Shown here: positions 27,500-37,606 of the stretch, piece after piece | Layout of the letters: each line of letters begins with the position of its first letter | Numbering within the stretch: position 1 is the first letter of the stretch | From: Spirochaetota bacterium | GTDB lineage: Bacteria > Spirochaetota > UBA4802 > JAFGDQ01 | DNA length: 64,000 nucleotides | Direction of reading: 5' to 3' | NCBI GenBank assembly: GCA_043803405.1 | Contig: JAZDKB010000036.1 | Coordinates: 1-64,000, forward strand | Made by a program: the position numbers and the translations under genes | The notes under the pieces: model-generated | The model's input: the letters and a program-made list of their open reading frames with translations, nothing else | What the model was told of the DNA's origin: nothing | Database searches by the model: none

Positions 27500-30400
27500 T
27501 TACTTATGCGCTACATTAAACGAAATGACAGCTTTAACTCCGCCATGCTCCCTGTTTTCCAGCTTCAGGTCGGAGTCCCTGAAATGATATTTCATTCGGT
27601 CTTTAATATTGCCAAGCGATCTAGTATATATATTTTCCTTATCTATACTTGTACCGTCGTCCTGCACTGTGATCCTTACTGTATCGTCCTCTCTTTTCGC
27701 GTAAATCTCAACAAGCCCGAGCTCCGTTTTCTGCCTTAGCCCGTGCTTAATGGAATTTTCCACAAGAGGCTGTATTGTAAGCGGCGGAATCTTAATGCTG
27801 CTAAAATCCCCTTCCATCTCAATTTTATAATCAAGCACATCCGGGAAACGGATCTTTTCGAAATCCAGATAACTTTTTACAAAGTCCCACTCCTGGCCGA
27901 ATTCAACAAGGGAACTTAATGAAGTATCCATTAAATACCTGTATATTTCCGCAAGCTTCAGTATTCCTTTGTCTGCTTTTTCCGCATCGTAATGGATCAG
28001 CGAATGAATCGCATGAATTGAGTTAAACAGAAAATGCGGGTTCATTCTGTTATGCAGGTTTCTGAATCTGGATTCTTCATATTCCTTTACCGTTTTTTTT
28101 AAAGTGATTAAAGTATTAACCCTCGCAAGCAGCTCCCTCCTGTCAAACGGCTTGGGAAGGTAATCATTTGCGCCTGCCTCGAAACCAGCTACAATATCCA
28201 TAACCTGATTTTTCGCTGTACACATCAAAACAGGCAATTCATACAATGAATATCTTTTCCTTATTTCGGCGCAAACCTCGTAGCCCGAAGTTCCCGGCAT
28301 CATAATATCCAGAAGTACAATATCGGGCAGTCTTTCATCGTTTATTATCTGCATTGCACGCGCCCCGTTCCCGGCAGTCAGGACATTGTAACCGGCAAGC
28401 CCAAGCTGGTTTTCCAGAACGCGCAAATTCACAAACTCGTCATCAACCACAAGGATCGTAGACGAACAATTTTGTTTATTAAATATAATTTTCTCACGAT
28501 CGTTTTTATTGCGCAGCTTTTCATCGGTTTTATCTTTGCTATCCAGCAAAAAATTCACATTAATATTTTTATTAAATGAATCATATTGTTTATTATCGGC
28601 CAAATCGGAGTAAATTTCCTCTGAATCCGGGACTGAATTCTCAGGCGAATAAACAGGTAAAGTAAAAATAAACCTGGAGCCCTTGCCTGTTTCAGATTCC
28701 ACATATATGGTCCCGCCGTGAAGTTCCACCAGCTCTTTAGTTATGCTCAGTCCGAGACCTGCTCCGCCGAACTTCCTGGAGATGGAACCATCGGCCTGTT
28801 CAAAATAATTAAATATATCGTGAAATTTATATTCCGGGATCCCTATGCCCGTATCCTCTACTATTATCTCAAGTTCTTCTTTTTGTTCCTTGCTGTCCGT
28901 ATTATTATCCGGGCAAGGCCGATTCCTTTTCTGAGCCCATATTTTTACTTCTCCGGATTCCGTAAATTTAACCGCATTTCCAATAAGATTATAAAAAATC
29001 TGCAGCAGCCTGTCTTCATCCGCATACACCAGAGGCAAGCCTTCCGCAACATTATTTATCAGCCTGACAGGCCTTCCTTCAGCCAGGGTTTTTAAAAATA
29101 TCAGTACCATTCCGGTAACCTGGTTTAATGCAACCGGTTTTCTGCGAAGCTTCAAATCATTGTTCTTGATTCTGGATAAATCCAGAATGTCGTTCACCAG
29201 ATTTGAAAGCCTTTTGCAGCTCGATATTATCATGGAAAGATTTTCCATTGTTTTACGTGAAAGCTTCCCTGCAGCCCCATCCATTAAGGATTCGGCCAGG
29301 CCGATGATTCCAAGCAGCGGAGTCCTCAGTTCATGTGATGTATTGGAAAGGAATTCATCTTTAAGAATATCCAGCCTTTTCAGCTTCTCAACCGTATTCT
29401 GCTGTTCCTTATAAAGACGGGCATTTTCCAGTGAAATGGCGAACTGGGAAGAAATCACTCTCAGAACTTCCAGCCTCTTGGGTGTAAAAGCACCCAGAGT
29501 AAGATTATTTTCCAGGTACAGTATGGCGTTTATTCCGGAGCTTATCTTGCCATAATACCCGATATTTGCGCAGAGTATGGATTTAGGCTTTTTTTCCAGG
29601 ACATATAAGTCTACAAAACTGCTGTCAGCTGCATTATTTAATACTATATTTTCTCCGGTTCTGGCTACAAAATTAATAATTGCCTGCGAAATATTTTTAT
29701 TATTATCAACAGGAAGAGAACGCAATATCTTTATCTCATCATCATCTATGCTGCCTTCGGCTTCGATGAATAATTTCCCTTCATTTTCCATAATAAGAAA
29801 CGCATTTTGGGCGCCTGAGTACTGGAGAGCAGTTTTCATTATCGTCTTTAACAGTTTATCTAAATCGATTTCCCCTAATATTGCCTGGGATACTTTTATA
29901 ATTGTAGAAATATCGAGAGTGCTTGAATCGGCAACAAGCGCCCGATCAGCTATATCTGCATCGCCGCGTTCATTATAATCGGTAACTGCCTCAACCCGAT
30001 TTTCATTCTTGTCAGGCTCGTTAAAATATTCACGATATTTTTCTTTAAGCTGGTTTACCTTGCCTGTCGCTCCCCATCTTTCAAAACAGCTGCATGATTC
30101 TGTAATATATGTTTTTGCTATTCGTTCATATCCTGTATCTTTGTAAAACTTTGCTGCCAGTTCATTGGCAATCCCTTCGTCTAACAGATTTTTGCTGTCG
30201 CATGAGCCTTTTACAGCTTTATCGTAATACCGCATTGCTCTTTCGCTGTCGCCCGACAACCTGCACATTTCAGCGACTACCAGATCATGCTTATACATAA
30301 AATTTTCAGGAGAGTTATCGGACCATTTTTTCAGTATCCTCCTGTTGCGTTCCAGCACTCTCCTGAATTTTAATCGCACAAACCGGTCGGCATCTTTCAT

Positions 30401-33400
30401 TAATTCTGCAATCACCAGCGAATAATAATAAATGTGATCGGTTGTAAGCAGGTTGCCTATAGGCACAGCCAGCTCTTCCATCTCGAGAGTCAGTTCATAA
30501 CACTTACCGTAACTGCCGCTTAAAAATAATACTTTCATCCTGATGTGAAGATAATAGTAAAGCTCTATTGAATTATTCTTTTTTCTGATATTATCCTGTA
30601 TTTCAATTTCATTATAATCGTCGCTGTTTAATGTATCCCTGCTATCAGTTAAGCCTTTTAAATTTAAATATAATTGCCTGTAATCCGCATACCGATTAAT
30701 AAGCATCGGGTCTTTTGTACTCTTAATAAAATTTTCATATGATTCATATTCCTTAAAAATTTCATCGAGGTTTTCCCCAAGTATAAAACGATATAAAACC
30801 AAGTGGTTTATACACTGCCCTGCGTACATCAGGTTGCCGGTTTCAAGGCCGTCTTTATAACCATCTATATAGTAAGGTATGTTATTTAACGCATGGCTTT
30901 TCCAGTGCTGCAATAAATAAGCAAACAGAAATTTAATATGGCAGCCGAACCTGCTCTTACTGTATTTTTCATTCAGCTTTAAAGCAAATTCCCCGTATCT
31001 GCAGCCCGATTTATAATCGCCCAGAACCGTCACGACAATTATTCCGAGTGAAATGTAAGCCGGGGCAGCGAATTCGGTATTGCCGTATTTTAGAAAATGA
31101 TTTATTATTATAAGCGGGATCACAACAAAGAGTTTATGATTCCTGTAATAGGCCGGCATGCCCAGGTTGCATAATAAAACTATTAAGGCAATTTTATTCG
31201 GGTCAGTGATCTCTTTCTGGGCGAATAAATTTTCAATGCCTATTTTTCTCTGGTTCCATTTAAATTTAATTAATTCAAAAAGCACTTTCAGCTTTGTGGG
31301 GTGCTCGGAAATTTTTACCCCGAATAATTGTACGGCTTTAATTCCGACCTTGATCGCCTCGCTCAGATTCCCGACATTAGTATACAATACTACCATAATA
31401 TTATATACGTTGGCTCTGTCTATATTATCGTTAACTTTTTCCAGAAGAATGTTAAAAAGACCCTCGGCTTCGTTAAAGTTGCCGCAAAGATATTCGCATT
31501 CCGCAAGTTCTTTATAAACCGAGTATGTCAAATTATACTCATCTGACCATGAGTTATCATGCAGAAGCGTTCTCCCTGCTCTCAGGTACTTTACGGCAGA
31601 CGCATAGGCGGTTGATTCTTTTGCTTTTTTTGCCGCCTCCAGATTCAGCTTTGCTACTTCGATTCTTTCTCTCCGATCTTCCAGCAGAACAATACCGAAA
31701 TTCAGCTGATTAACAATATAAAAAATTTTTTCTCCTGCATCATTCCGCCCGTTCTTATCCAGAAAAGCTTTACCTATCCTGAAATGAAGCCTGTTTTTCT
31801 CTTCATCGTCAATCAATGAATACACAGCTTCCTGAACCCTGTCGTGTATGAACCTGTATAGATTCCCGGAAAAGCTGATAAATCCTTCATCAATAAGCTC
31901 AGCTATTATAGCATTGCAATCCTGAATAGACTTATTAAAAATATCCTGTAATATTCCGATTTCAAAACCATTGCCCAGACACGCGCATATTTTTAAATTA
32001 TCCTGAACAGACTTTGAAAGCTTAATAAATTTTCTGGTTAAAAGCTCTATAACATTGTCGGTTGCTTCAGTACGGTTAATTGCTTCAATATCCCATCGCC
32101 ATCCGGATCCCATGTCAAAAGTCAGCAAATTATCATTAAATAATATCTTCACTAATTCAATGACAAAAAACGGATTACCCTGGGTCTTTTTATATATAAC
32201 AGATGCCAGCGGAAAAATGTTTTCCTGGTTGCCTATAAGGCTTGAAACAAGATCATTCACGATATTTTCATTCAGCGGCTGCAGATTAACTGTTTTAGGT
32301 TTTATACCGTCAGATTCAATTTCATTCAGTGTCTTTACTAATTTATGTGATTCTGTAACTTCATTATCCCGATATGCTCCTATAATCAGCAAATACTTCG
32401 TTTCAATATCGGTTATTAAAACTTTAATTAAATTGAGGCTGGCAGAGTCTGCCCACTGAAGGTCGTCAAGGAAAAGAACCAGGGGATGTTTTTCGCCTGC
32501 AAAAACTCTTACAAACTTCTGAAAGTAAAGATTATACCTGTTCTGCGCTTCGGAAGGCCCGACTTCAGGAACCGGTTCCTGCGGCCCTATTATTAGTTCA
32601 AGTTCCGGAATAACATCAGTTAAAAGCCTCGCGTTTGGTGAAAGTGCATCCAGAATCAGCTTTTTCCACCTGGTAATTTCTTCTTCCTGTTTCGCAAGCA
32701 ATTGCCTTATTAATGACTTAAATGCCTGAATTATTGCACTAAAAGGTATTTCTCTAATCAGTTGTTCAAATTTGCTCGAAATAAAATAGCCGTTCTTTTT
32801 TACAACAGGAATATGGAGTTCATTAACTAATACGGTTTTGCCTGTGCCGGCAAATCCGGAAACCAGCAGCAATTCCGACTTTCCCAGATATACGCTGTTA
32901 ACTATATCCGTCAGTATCTCCATCTCAGCAGATCTTCCGTAAAGTCGTCCCGGCATCCGGATTTTATTAATAATATCTTTCTTTGCAAGTGTAAATGGAA
33001 TAATAACACCTGTTATTTCAAATTGGTCAAGGCATATCTCCAGATCGGCTTTAAGTCCAAGCGCGTTCTGATATCTCTCTTCCGGATCTTTGGAAATCAA
33101 TTTCATAATAATGTCGGATATGACCGCCGGGATATTGCTGTTTATTTTTGCAGGTTCCTCCGCCTCTTTGGCTAAATGATAGTGAAGAAGTTCCATTGCA
33201 TCTTCCGATTTAAACGGCATCCGGCCGGTAATCATTTCATAAAACGTAATGCCAAGAGAATAAAAGTCTGTCCTGTGATCCAGTCTGCGTTCCGTTCTGC
33301 CTGTCTGTTCCGGCGAAACATATTCAAGCGAAATATCCAGCATATTTGGCATTAATGCATTCGCAGACTCATCAAATTTATTAAAAGACGCACCGGCTCC

Positions 33401-33862
33401 GATTAGTTTGGCAGATAATCCGTTATTGTCTGGCGGATCTCCGTTAAGAAACGGTGATATAATTATTACATCGGGTTTGATATTGCAATGTATAATATCC
33501 TGAGCGTGCATCTGGTGAAGTATTTCGGAGAGCTTGATGGCTATTTGCAAAAAAACATTAACGGATAGTCCTGAACCGATAATTTCCCTTAAAAATTTTC
33601 CCTTACAATGTTCATAAACAAGAGCATAACTATTATCATACTCAACAAGATCATGTATCTTTAAAATACCGTTGGTCTTGTTTAATTTATTAGTAATTAT
33701 AAAAATATCTTTTAATTTATTTATATCTTCAATATTCCGGTTGCTGTCCTGCAAAGTCTCGATTAAAACGGGCTCCTTATCCCTGTTAAGTCCTTCATAA
33801 AAAATAATTTTCGAATCTTCATATACTTTATTCGAAATATTATATCTGGGGATTTCAATCAT
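27500..33862 (-). CDS. Multidomain sensor: degenerate Ser/Thr kinase - P-loop ATPase - TPR-like - GAF - HisKA/HATPase - REC - LytS-type kinase
   Basis: YVSPEQTGR/DFYSLG; GFAGTGKT and LFLDDLQWAD; LYLENN GAF; SHELRTPL, NLIGNAVKF, GLGLSI; LLDIMMP; RMNPHFLFN, QPLVENSIKHG. Confidence 0.9.
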   Translation of the reverse strand: MIEIPRYNISNKVYEDSKIIFYEGLNRDKEPVLIETLQDSNRNIEDINKLKDIFIITNKLNKTNGILKIHDLVEYDNSYALVYEHCKGKFLREIIGSGLSVNVFLQIAIKLSEILHQMHAQDIIHCNIKPDVIIISPFLNGDPPDNNGLSAKLIGAGASFNKFDESANALMPNMLDISLEYVSPEQTGRTERRLDHRTDFYSLGITFYEMITGRMPFKSEDAMELLHYHLAKEAEEPAKINSNIPAVISDIIMKLISKDPEERYQNALGLKADLEICLDQFEITGVIIPFTLAKKDIINKIRMPGRLYGRSAEMEILTDIVNSVYLGKSELLLVSGFAGTGKTVLVNELHIPVVKKNGYFISSKFEQLIREIPFSAIIQAFKSLIRQLLAKQEEEITRWKKLILDALSPNARLLTDVIPELELIIGPQEPVPEVGPSEAQNRYNLYFQKFVRVFAGEKHPLVLFLDDLQWADSASLNLIKVLITDIETKYLLIIGAYRDNEVTESHKLVKTLNEIESDGIKPKTVNLQPLNENIVNDLVSSLIGNQENIFPLASVIYKKTQGNPFFVIELVKILFNDNLLTFDMGSGWRWDIEAINRTEATDNVIELLTRKFIKLSKSVQDNLKICACLGNGFEIGILQDIFNKSIQDCNAIIAELIDEGFISFSGNLYRFIHDRVQEAVYSLIDDEEKNRLHFRIGKAFLDKNGRNDAGEKIFYIVNQLNFGIVLLEDRRERIEVAKLNLEAAKKAKESTAYASAVKYLRAGRTLLHDNSWSDEYNLTYSVYKELAECEYLCGNFNEAEGLFNILLEKVNDNIDRANVYNIMVVLYTNVGNLSEAIKVGIKAVQLFGVKISEHPTKLKVLFELIKFKWNQRKIGIENLFAQKEITDPNKIALIVLLCNLGMPAYYRNHKLFVVIPLIIINHFLKYGNTEFAAPAYISLGIIVVTVLGDYKSGCRYGEFALKLNEKYSKSRFGCHIKFLFAYLLQHWKSHALNNIPYYIDGYKDGLETGNLMYAGQCINHLVLYRFILGENLDEIFKEYESYENFIKSTKDPMLINRYADYRQLYLNLKGLTDSRDTLNSDDYNEIEIQDNIRKKNNSIELYYYLHIRMKVLFLSGSYGKCYELTLEMEELAVPIGNLLTTDHIYYYSLVIAELMKDADRFVRLKFRRVLERNRRILKKWSDNSPENFMYKHDLVVAEMCRLSGDSERAMRYYDKAVKGSCDSKNLLDEGIANELAAKFYKDTGYERIAKTYITESCSCFERWGATGKVNQLKEKYREYFNEPDKNENRVEAVTDYNERGDADIADRALVADSSTLDISTIIKVSQAILGEIDLDKLLKTIMKTALQYSGAQNAFLIMENEGKLFIEAEGSIDDDEIKILRSLPVDNNKNISQAIINFVARTGENIVLNNAADSSFVDLYVLEKKPKSILCANIGYYGKISSGINAILYLENNLTLGAFTPKRLEVLRVISSQFAISLENARLYKEQQNTVEKLKRLDILKDEFLSNTSHELRTPLLGIIGLAESLMDGAAGKLSRKTMENLSMIISSCKRLSNLVNDILDLSRIKNNDLKLRRKPVALNQVTGMVLIFLKTLAEGRPVRLINNVAEGLPLVYADEDRLLQIFYNLIGNAVKFTESGEVKIWAQKRNRPCPDNNTDSKEQKEELEIIVEDTGIGIPEYKFHDIFNYFEQADGSISRKFGGAGLGLSITKELVELHGGTIYVESETGKGSRFIFTLPVYSPENSVPDSEEIYSDLADNKQYDSFNKNINVNFLLDSKDKTDEKLRNKNDREKIIFNKQNCSSTILVVDDEFVNLRVLENQLGLAGYNVLTAGNGARAMQIINDERLPDIVLLDIMMPGTSGYEVCAEIRKRYSLYELPVLMCTAKNQVMDIVAGFEAGANDYLPKPFDRRELLARVNTLITLKKTVKEYEESRFRNLHNRMNPHFLFNSIHAIHSLIHYDAEKADKGILKLAEIYRYLMDTSLSSLVEFGQEWDFVKSYLDFEKIRFPDVLDYKIEMEGDFSSIKIPPLTIQPLVENSIKHGLRQKTELGLVEIYAKREDDTVRITVQDDGTSIDKENIYTRSLGNIKDRMKYHFRDSDLKLENREHGGVKAVISFNVAHK

Positions 33863-33969
33863 TTTGATTAAATTGTCCTTTTATTATTATTTCAAAGAAA
33901 TATTAAATGCTGTCTATTTCAATCAAAATATATTTTTAATAAAATTAAAAAGATCAATTTTTATAAAAA

Positions 33970-34022
33970 TAGCATTCATTACATTAAAAATAGCGTTCAT
34001 TCAGCAAAAAGTAGCGTTCATT
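33970..34022 (+). promoter_or_regulatory. Three phased direct repeats TAGCRTTCATT (21-bp period), LytTR-type boxes
   Basis: Copies at 33970, 33991 and 34012, ending 9 bp before the -35 box. Confidence 0.8.
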
Positions 34023-34031
34023 ACATATATA

Positions 34032-34060
34032 TTGACAATAAAATATTTTTAAGTTATAAT
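34032..34060 (+). promoter_or_regulatory. Perfect sigma70 promoter TTGACA-17-TATAAT
   Basis: TTGACA 34032-34037, TATAAT 34055-34060. Confidence 0.85.
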
Positions 34061-34112
34061 TTATTTATACATTTCAGAACAATTCAATTAAATTTTTTAT
34101 CAAGGCATAGAA

Positions 34113-34478
34113 ATGATGATTAGCAATTTATCGTATTGGACGGCAAAGCGGCTGGAGGATTTTATGGAGTGGAATTATAACATGACTGATTATAATGTAT
34201 TTTTCCAGAAATTTAATCATAAAACACAAAAATTGGAGTATGAAAAAAAAATATTCAATTCGGAAGCCAAAGCGAAAAAATTCGGAGCTGAAATTCTTAA
34301 AGAATACCCTCACAATGAAGTAATAATAAAAAGCAAAGAATATAAAATAATATATGAAAACGATAAACCTGTAAAAAAATATATAGGCAAAGAAAATTTC
34401 ATTGTAAGATCGACGCCCGAATCACATAACAAGCTGCTGCAGGAAGTATTTCCGGTACGCAAGTCAGTGGAAGCTTAA
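34113..34478 (+). CDS. Hypothetical soluble protein (121 aa)
   Basis: ORF directly downstream of the consensus promoter; no recognisable motif. Confidence 0.7.
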   Translation: MMISNLSYWTAKRLEDFMEWNYNMTDYNVFFQKFNHKTQKLEYEKKIFNSEAKAKKFGAEILKEYPHNEVIIKSKEYKIIYENDKPVKKYIGKENFIVRSTPESHNKLLQEVFPVRKSVEA

Positions 34479-34480
34479 AC

Positions 34481-35407
34481 TTATAATCTGATCCCGGCAA
34501 AGCATGCAATTCTTAAAGTCCTGAAATCCCGGACTAAATAGTTAATATTATAATAATCCGTATAAACTTCAAAAAATACACGCTGGAAAATTCTGTACTC
34601 GATTGACGCCCCTGCTTTATAATAATAAGCTGAGGTTTTTGTAGTGCCTTTATTCGTCGGATTTCCGAAATTATCATATCTTTGATATTCCAGCGCGGAA
34701 TAAGCATATCCCCCGCCGCCGCGTATCGCGAAATTTAAAGGAAAGTTAAAATTCGTTGAAAAAAAAATATTTCCGCCGTAAATTATATCCGTCAGATTGC
34801 TTTCGACCCTGTTAAAAGCTTTTTCACCTTTAAATTTCACATAAGTGCACTCAGCATCTACTCCAGCATATCTTAAAAATCCGGGGAAATTTAATTTTCT
34901 AAAGCTATAGGAAATATCAGCGGAAAATGCAGTATATGAATTTTTATAATATTCAGCCCAGTCCGGCAGAATATAAAAATATGACCAGCCAAGCCCTATT
35001 TTTAAACCCGAATAGGATAATTTGGCGTCTTCTTCTTTTTTTTCATCAAGAGGCTTTTGCACAAGTGCCGGAGCCTCTATTGAAAAATCAGCCCAGTCGG
35101 ACCAGCTCCCGATTTTGCCGAATTTATTAATTGCACCGATTCTGATTTTATAGCTGCCTGCAGGAGCTTCGATTATAATATTATTTACGTTGATCTGCTT
35201 ATCCGCAACTAAATTCCCCTTTGCATTCATAATCAGAATTTTATAACTTATTGCTCCTTCGACTTCTTCCCAGCTAAGCTTTATCTTCCTTTCTGCAGAA
35301 GACGTTACTTCGGATTGCGCTATTTGCGCCGATACATAATTCATCGGCAGCAAGGCAAATAAAATAAAAAAACCGGAGAACGCAGCATGTCTTATATATT
35401 CTTTCAT
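34481..35407 (-). CDS. FN3-domain plus outer-membrane beta-barrel protein
   Basis: Signal peptide; LSWEEVEGAISY..YKIRIGAINKFG..SWSDW; alternating aromatic strands ending GIRL. Confidence 0.7.
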   Translation of the reverse strand: MKEYIRHAAFSGFFILFALLPMNYVSAQIAQSEVTSSAERKIKLSWEEVEGAISYKILIMNAKGNLVADKQINVNNIIIEAPAGSYKIRIGAINKFGKIGSWSDWADFSIEAPALVQKPLDEKKEEDAKLSYSGLKIGLGWSYFYILPDWAEYYKNSYTAFSADISYSFRKLNFPGFLRYAGVDAECTYVKFKGEKAFNRVESNLTDIIYGGNIFFSTNFNFPLNFAIRGGGGYAYSALEYQRYDNFGNPTNKGTTKTSAYYYKAGASIEYRIFQRVFFEVYTDYYNINYLVRDFRTLRIACFAGIRL

Positions 35408-35449
35408 ATTATTACATTATTTAAGAAACAGTAATTCAAATGAACTGCC

Positions 35450-37606
35450 TTACAGATTCTCAATTTTCAGGGAATTAACATTTACTTTTTCAACGGGTTT
35501 TCCGAGAGTAATTTTAAAATTGCTTTTTACTAACGGGCTGTTTCTGACGATTTCTTTCTTTTTATTATCCATCTCAAATGCCTGCAATTTCCATAAAAAT
35601 TTGCTTTCATCGAGCTTGCGCAAATCATTAATCTTCCAGCTTGTTCCCTTTTCCTCGGACTCTGCAATTAAATACTCTTTCCCATGAATTATTTTATACA
35701 GGCTTATCCGGTAAAGATTAGCTCCCGCAACCTTATTCCAGTTTAAAGATAAATTATCTCTGGCGCTCATATTAATAACATATCCGTCTTTCGGAGAAAC
35801 CACAACAGGGGTATTGAGCAAATTTTTTACAATAAAAAATTGCGGCCTTGAATCTGCTGCTGCTGAACCATCGTCATTTAAAAGAATAACTTTCCAGTAG
35901 TACCGGCCTGCTTCAATTTGCAGTACTGAATCAGTTCCGGTATAATTAATAATTTTCTCTTTATATAAAGATGTAAATTTTTCGTTTACGGATATCTGCA
36001 GTTTATATTTTCCTTTGATATCATTTCCTTTCCACACAAATCGAATTGAAGCTGTCTTCTCATTTTCATCTGTCGATAAAGCGGCATCTTTCTCCGGCAA
36101 GACCAGTTTAATTTCTTCTGTATCTGTTATACTGAAAATTCTTGTTAGCGAAGGATCGGTGAACTCTTTTTCCCCCAACCTGCCGGTAACACGCCAGTAA
36201 TATGTGCCTTTAGGTAAATTCTTTTCCAACTGAACAAAATTCACCTTGCTTACGCCGGAAAAAACGATATCCTTAAACTTTTCATCCTTCGCAGTATAGA
36301 AATTATATTCGCTGATCTCCTGGCTACCCTTCCATGTAAAGGTTATATTCTGCTTTTCGAGCAGCGTTTTACTGAACTGTTTAGCATTATTCGGGTACAG
36401 CAGCTCGGGCGGGGCAGTAATCTCCCTTTCCTTAATATTCAGCTCAAAAATGCCGCTGGCTGCAGGTTTTGGGATATCTTTTAGCCCCGGCAGTTTTTCT
36501 ATTCTCCAGAAGTAAACGCCTTTCCCCGCTGAATCCAGCATAACGCTGTTTTGCGTACTATCCTGGGTCTTAATTATTTTACTCATTGAACGGTCGCCTG
36601 CAAGCACAAGACGGTAAGCCGATGCGATCTCGCTTTTTGTCCATTTAAAATTTATTATCGGAGGAACGCCCTTGTAAGTTACCGTCTCCTTGTTTTCAGG
36701 CGCAATCAACAGCACAGGCTCATCAAATAAAACCGAAAACCTTCTTGTTTCGCTGGATTCCTCTTTCTTTGTTATTTTGTGAACAGCCCTGACCCTCCAG
36801 TAATAAATTCCTTTAGTAAGATCAACTGCGAAAGCGTTTCCCTTAACTTCATTTTTTTGTATGATATTCGCAAAGAGATCGTCTTTTGCCAGTTCAAAAA
36901 AAACATTATGTTCCCCGGCTACATTTTGCCATGAGAAATCGATCCTCATTTTTTCAGCTGTTGTCAGATAATAAGCGCCCGCAACCGGGCTCACGAGCTT
37001 AATGGCCAGATCGAACTTCATTACTTCGCCGGAACCCTTGGCGACTACAAGTGCCTGGTCTGCGCCCAGCTTTGCAGCGCCTTTGCCGGTATTGACATCC
37101 GCAATACCCTTCACCACTGAAAGATTCAGATCGCCGGCTTTGCTCTGCGATAATTTAACGTCGCTTTTATCAATTGAAATACTGGTTGAGCCGGACTTAA
37201 TATTTAACTTCCTGACATCTCCCTCCGCGCCGCCCCTGTTCGCAAGAATGGACCCTTTATTAAACTCAATATCGATCTGATTTTTAGTCATTGCCAAAAG
37301 TATCATGCTGTTTTCATTGAGTTTAATCTCGGTTCCGTCTTTTAAATGCAGCGAGGCCTCAGACTGGTCGGATGTCCTGATGGAATCATAATTATAAACA
37401 GGGATATTATTTTCTATATCTTCCCATATAACTTGTCCGGCATATTTTCTTTCGACACTCTTTCTTTTATAGGATACTGTCCCTACCTGTTCATTGGTTC
37501 CTGCCTGCACCTTTGTCGTAATATCCTTATAGTACAGGAACGAGAATACCGTAATGACAGCCGTGCCTACGCCGACTACTAATAGATCATTGAGCGAGAA
37601 TCTCAT
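35450..37606 (-). CDS. FecR-domain membrane protein with about five FN3/Ig-like repeats
   Basis: N-terminal TM; DSIRT..S.A.L.L.DGT.I.L.ENS FecR motif; repeated G.YYWRV. Confidence 0.8.
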   Translation of the reverse strand: MRFSLNDLLVVGVGTAVITVFSFLYYKDITTKVQAGTNEQVGTVSYKRKSVERKYAGQVIWEDIENNIPVYNYDSIRTSDQSEASLHLKDGTEIKLNENSMILLAMTKNQIDIEFNKGSILANRGGAEGDVRKLNIKSGSTSISIDKSDVKLSQSKAGDLNLSVVKGIADVNTGKGAAKLGADQALVVAKGSGEVMKFDLAIKLVSPVAGAYYLTTAEKMRIDFSWQNVAGEHNVFFELAKDDLFANIIQKNEVKGNAFAVDLTKGIYYWRVRAVHKITKKEESSETRRFSVLFDEPVLLIAPENKETVTYKGVPPIINFKWTKSEIASAYRLVLAGDRSMSKIIKTQDSTQNSVMLDSAGKGVYFWRIEKLPGLKDIPKPAASGIFELNIKEREITAPPELLYPNNAKQFSKTLLEKQNITFTWKGSQEISEYNFYTAKDEKFKDIVFSGVSKVNFVQLEKNLPKGTYYWRVTGRLGEKEFTDPSLTRIFSITDTEEIKLVLPEKDAALSTDENEKTASIRFVWKGNDIKGKYKLQISVNEKFTSLYKEKIINYTGTDSVLQIEAGRYYWKVILLNDDGSAAADSRPQFFIVKNLLNTPVVVSPKDGYVINMSARDNLSLNWNKVAGANLYRISLYKIIHGKEYLIAESEEKGTSWKINDLRKLDESKFLWKLQAFEMDNKKKEIVRNSPLVKSNFKITLGKPVEKVNVNSLKIENL

